From: Patescibacteria group bacterium
GTDB lineage: Bacteria > Patescibacteriota > Patescibacteriia > UBA9570
Direction of reading: 5' to 3'
Assembly (NCBI GenBank): GCA_024277435.1
Contig: JAJRVJ010000005.1
Coordinates: 25,747 to 89,746, forward strand
Length of the DNA: 64,000 bases
Below, one piece after another: positions 61,445-64,000 of this stretch. The number at the start of each line of letters is the position of its first letter. The stretch's first letter is position 1. The position numbers and the translations under genes were made by a program. The notes under the pieces were generated by a model. It made no database searches. It was given only the letters and a program-made list of their open reading frames with translations, and was not told where the DNA came from.

Positions 61445-61478
61445 CCAAAAAAGACCCTCTTTGTCAAGGGCCTTTTGG
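61445..61478 (-). terminator. terminator of the VKOR gene (contains TTGACA)
   Basis: AGGCCCTT-GACAA-AGAGGGTCT followed by TTTTT on the minus strand. Confidence 0.65.
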
Positions 61479-61494
61479 CGGATATCTAATAGAA

Positions 61495-61893
61495 TTATAG
61501 CCAACCTACCAACAGCACTGCAGCTAGTAATAGAAAATCAATTGCCGAAAGAACGCACCATGTACAAAATGCCTTTATCACAAAGGCCTGAATAATGATG
61601 AAGTACAATGAAAATGCAAAACCAAATAGAACAATTACCGTAATTGGCCAAAATGACACAATCCCATTTAAAAATAGTATCGCTAACACTACTATGGCAA
61701 CGTACATCAGTAATCCTAAATATGGATTAGGGATGCCTAATGTTTTACTGTACTTACTAGCCTGTACTTTTCTGCACCACTCTGGTGGAAAACCAATACA
61801 CTTTACATGAGTTTTATTAATGGCATGATACGTTAAATAGAGAGTATTCAAAATACCAATCCCGGCGAGTAGTAAAATAATAGTTATGTTCAT
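61495..61893 (-). CDS. vitamin K epoxide reductase (VKOR) family protein
   Basis: C..C..V..S.YS...GIP, FCTWC redox motif, 4 TMs. Confidence 0.92.
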   Translation of the reverse strand: MNITIILLLAGIGILNTLYLTYHAINKTHVKCIGFPPEWCRKVQASKYSKTLGIPNPYLGLLMYVAIVVLAILFLNGIVSFWPITVIVLFGFAFSLYFIIIQAFVIKAFCTWCVLSAIDFLLLAAVLLVGWL

Positions 61894-61942
61894 ATACTAA
61901 ATATAATTACTATTTAGATACGTGACATTCGTGATGCTCTAG

Positions 61943-62545
61943 CTATAGTATATCATAAATAACGGGCCAATCATCGAGTTGATCAGATTCAACGCAATCA
62001 TATTCCGCTTCAAAGCGCATCAAATCAAACTCTTTTGTAGCGTCATTCCAGGCGTAAGATGCTCGTTCACCGCAAGTACCATGACCAGCGTACTTTGTAT
62101 AAGTAAGCAAAGTACCATCTTCATACCAGGCGAAGCCACCTAGGTCATAATCCTTATACGGCGACGGACCACCATCAGTACCCTGATAACGCACCACTTC
62201 AAGTGGTGTTGCGTCACCGGTTGTATGATTATAATAAAATGCCAAATAATCAGCCTGATATGCATACACATTACACACCACTAATACTAACGACTCATTA
62301 TCATTAAGTGCATGCACTTCAATGCCCGCATCCTCTTGCCCAAAACCAGATTCCTCACTGCAATCACGATACTCATTCCACTGCAAACGATCTTGCCAAT
62401 AAATACGCGTAACCACCTCCTTTACCGAAGGGATATCTTTTACCTCATTATACCTTTCCTCTAACCGGCTACAGCCAGAAATTACACCAATAAAACCAAG
62501 AACAATAATTATGATATAAAGATGCCTTCGGATATTATCCTTCAT
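61943..62545 (-). CDS. DUF1176-like lipoprotein
   Basis: Lipobox ISGC; VVC..YAYQ and KYAGHGTCG resemble DUF1176 motifs. Confidence 0.65.
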   Translation of the reverse strand: MKDNIRRHLYIIIIVLGFIGVISGCSRLEERYNEVKDIPSVKEVVTRIYWQDRLQWNEYRDCSEESGFGQEDAGIEVHALNDNESLVLVVCNVYAYQADYLAFYYNHTTGDATPLEVVRYQGTDGGPSPYKDYDLGGFAWYEDGTLLTYTKYAGHGTCGERASYAWNDATKEFDLMRFEAEYDCVESDQLDDWPVIYDIL

Positions 62546-63923
62546 CAATTCCCAATAACGCTTGAGCATTCTCATACATAATCGCACGAGCTATATCTTC
62601 TGGAAGCTGATCACTTAATTGTTGCAGTGGCTGCACGGAACTGCGTAAAGACTTCTTCAAATCATGATTATCCTCACTCCAATATTTTTCGTCAGTTTCC
62701 ACCATAACGCGATCACTATAGGTTGTAAATATATTCTTCCAAGCAGATCGCAATGTACCATCGCGTTTAATTGGCCGATGTGGTGTGTAAGCATCTTCAC
62801 TACGCATTTTTACAGCCACATATAAATTATCATGTTGCTCCAACATATCTACATATGTAGAGGGCCGAGATAAATCTGTTTCATACCAACCTAAGTGTCC
62901 CCAGATAATCTTTGTATCACGATTATGTTCAAGTAAATTGGCTAATTGTTGTAACTTAGCAGTAGTGGGCTCCATATGAATATAGAGGAACATATCATTC
63001 TCAGCAGCTAAATCACTGAGCCATAACATTAATTCCTGATCTGCTGGATACGTAATATATGGATGCCCTTCACGATATGATAGATGCAGTGGCGCTAACT
63101 CACCAAACCCAAGATAGTTACCAGATTCTGCAGCAGCTCGAGCCCGATTCTTAAACCGCGTTTCCCAGGCATTAGGATTTTCCAATATTTCCTGTGCGGT
63201 TTCAAATTCACTGGAGTAATCCTTTTCACCTGGCCCATTTGGAAATACGGTACCTTCTGTAATATCTTGTTCTTCACCTAATATATGTGCTATTCCATTA
63301 AGTTTGGTGCCACCATATAAAAAACTATAGTTTCTATCAGACTCACCTATAAAATCCACTATATCAGATGCCTTACCAGAATCCTGAGAATTCTCCAATG
63401 GTGCTGGTACCGGTTTTAACACCTGATGTGTAATATTCCAAGCTGTCATGGCTTCTTCTATAGCCTCTAATGAAGCCTGCTCATTATTTACATTAGCATG
63501 CGCATGCATATCTACGACTTCCGGCTTGTTCTCAGCGGAAACTCCTGACTGTGTTCTAAACGACTTCGATACCCATTTACCGTAACCCTTATCCGTTACT
63601 GAACGTACTCGTATTTTATAGGACTTGTTCGGCTTGAGCTTATTAATAATTTTCCCAGTACGCTTGGCATCTAAATCACTAGAAACCGTAAAGCTTTGAA
63701 TTGTAGTAGAGTCCTTGCGAATTTGAACGCGATAATACTTAAACTGTGATTTATTGCTAAATGGAACATTTTTCCATGAAGCATATATAGATCGTGTAGT
63801 GCGATACGTGGTTTTTATATTAGTTGGCGCTTTTGGCGAAGCCGATGCCTGAGCAACAATAGGCGCTGACAAAAGTATTGCCACTGACAAAAGAGACGTT
63901 AGTATATATTGTGTTATTTTCAT
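62535..63923 (-). CDS. secreted Lys-rich FN3 + amidohydrolase-family protein
   Basis: Signal peptide (AQA), FN3 'KLKPNKSYKIRVR', DMHAH, GFGEL, IHME, WGHLG, ETD. Confidence 0.85.
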   Translation of the reverse strand: MKITQYILTSLLSVAILLSAPIVAQASASPKAPTNIKTTYRTTRSIYASWKNVPFSNKSQFKYYRVQIRKDSTTIQSFTVSSDLDAKRTGKIINKLKPNKSYKIRVRSVTDKGYGKWVSKSFRTQSGVSAENKPEVVDMHAHANVNNEQASLEAIEEAMTAWNITHQVLKPVPAPLENSQDSGKASDIVDFIGESDRNYSFLYGGTKLNGIAHILGEEQDITEGTVFPNGPGEKDYSSEFETAQEILENPNAWETRFKNRARAAAESGNYLGFGELAPLHLSYREGHPYITYPADQELMLWLSDLAAENDMFLYIHMEPTTAKLQQLANLLEHNRDTKIIWGHLGWYETDLSRPSTYVDMLEQHDNLYVAVKMRSEDAYTPHRPIKRDGTLRSAWKNIFTTYSDRVMVETDEKYWSEDNHDLKKSLRSSVQPLQQLSDQLPEDIARAIMYENAQALLGIDEG

Positions 63924-64000
63924 ACTAACATCTTATCATAAGAATTTTCTTCTATCTACTAAGGTATGGGCATCGCATTACCCGGCCGATGCCTACCACG

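Overview
A 64-kb, AT-rich bacterial chromosome segment using the standard genetic code. Gene content suggests a Patescibacteria/CPR organism (inference from a DUF5663-like gene, a membrane-anchored Clp ATPase, pilN/O-like genes, many FN3 surface proteins and giant orphan proteins). It carries housekeeping genes (clpB with a CIRCE operator, pgi, rlmH, tgt, recO, ileS, argS, smpB-ssrA-infC-rpmI-rplT, rsmG, rarA, zwf, glgP, trmB, ppa), an ECF sigma/DUF4349 pair and many orphan membrane or secreted proteins. No CRISPR array, rRNA, tRNA, integrase or transposase was seen. Most notable: (1) four isolated GC-rich orphan cassettes, mostly Shine-Dalgarno-led and with structured UTRs, all carrying AGGAG just after the stop codon, in a region where many genes look leaderless; one encodes an unannotated 24-aa hydrophobic peptide with type I toxin-like mRNA architecture; (2) an ultra-short-Stem-I (actinobacterial-type) ileS T-box with an atypical, possibly transcriptional expression platform; (3) a membrane-tethered, Zn-finger Clp ATPase that has lost both pore loops; (4) a giant orphan-protein locus with a hidden 42-aa ORF that repeats the giant protein's C-terminal motif; (5) a poly-basic FN3 module shared by four acidic secreted proteins; (6) an unidentified structured leader containing a terminator. 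Three genes are interrupted (two frameshifts, one in-frame TAA), which may be assembly errors. All family assignments come from motif recognition by eye; no searches were run.
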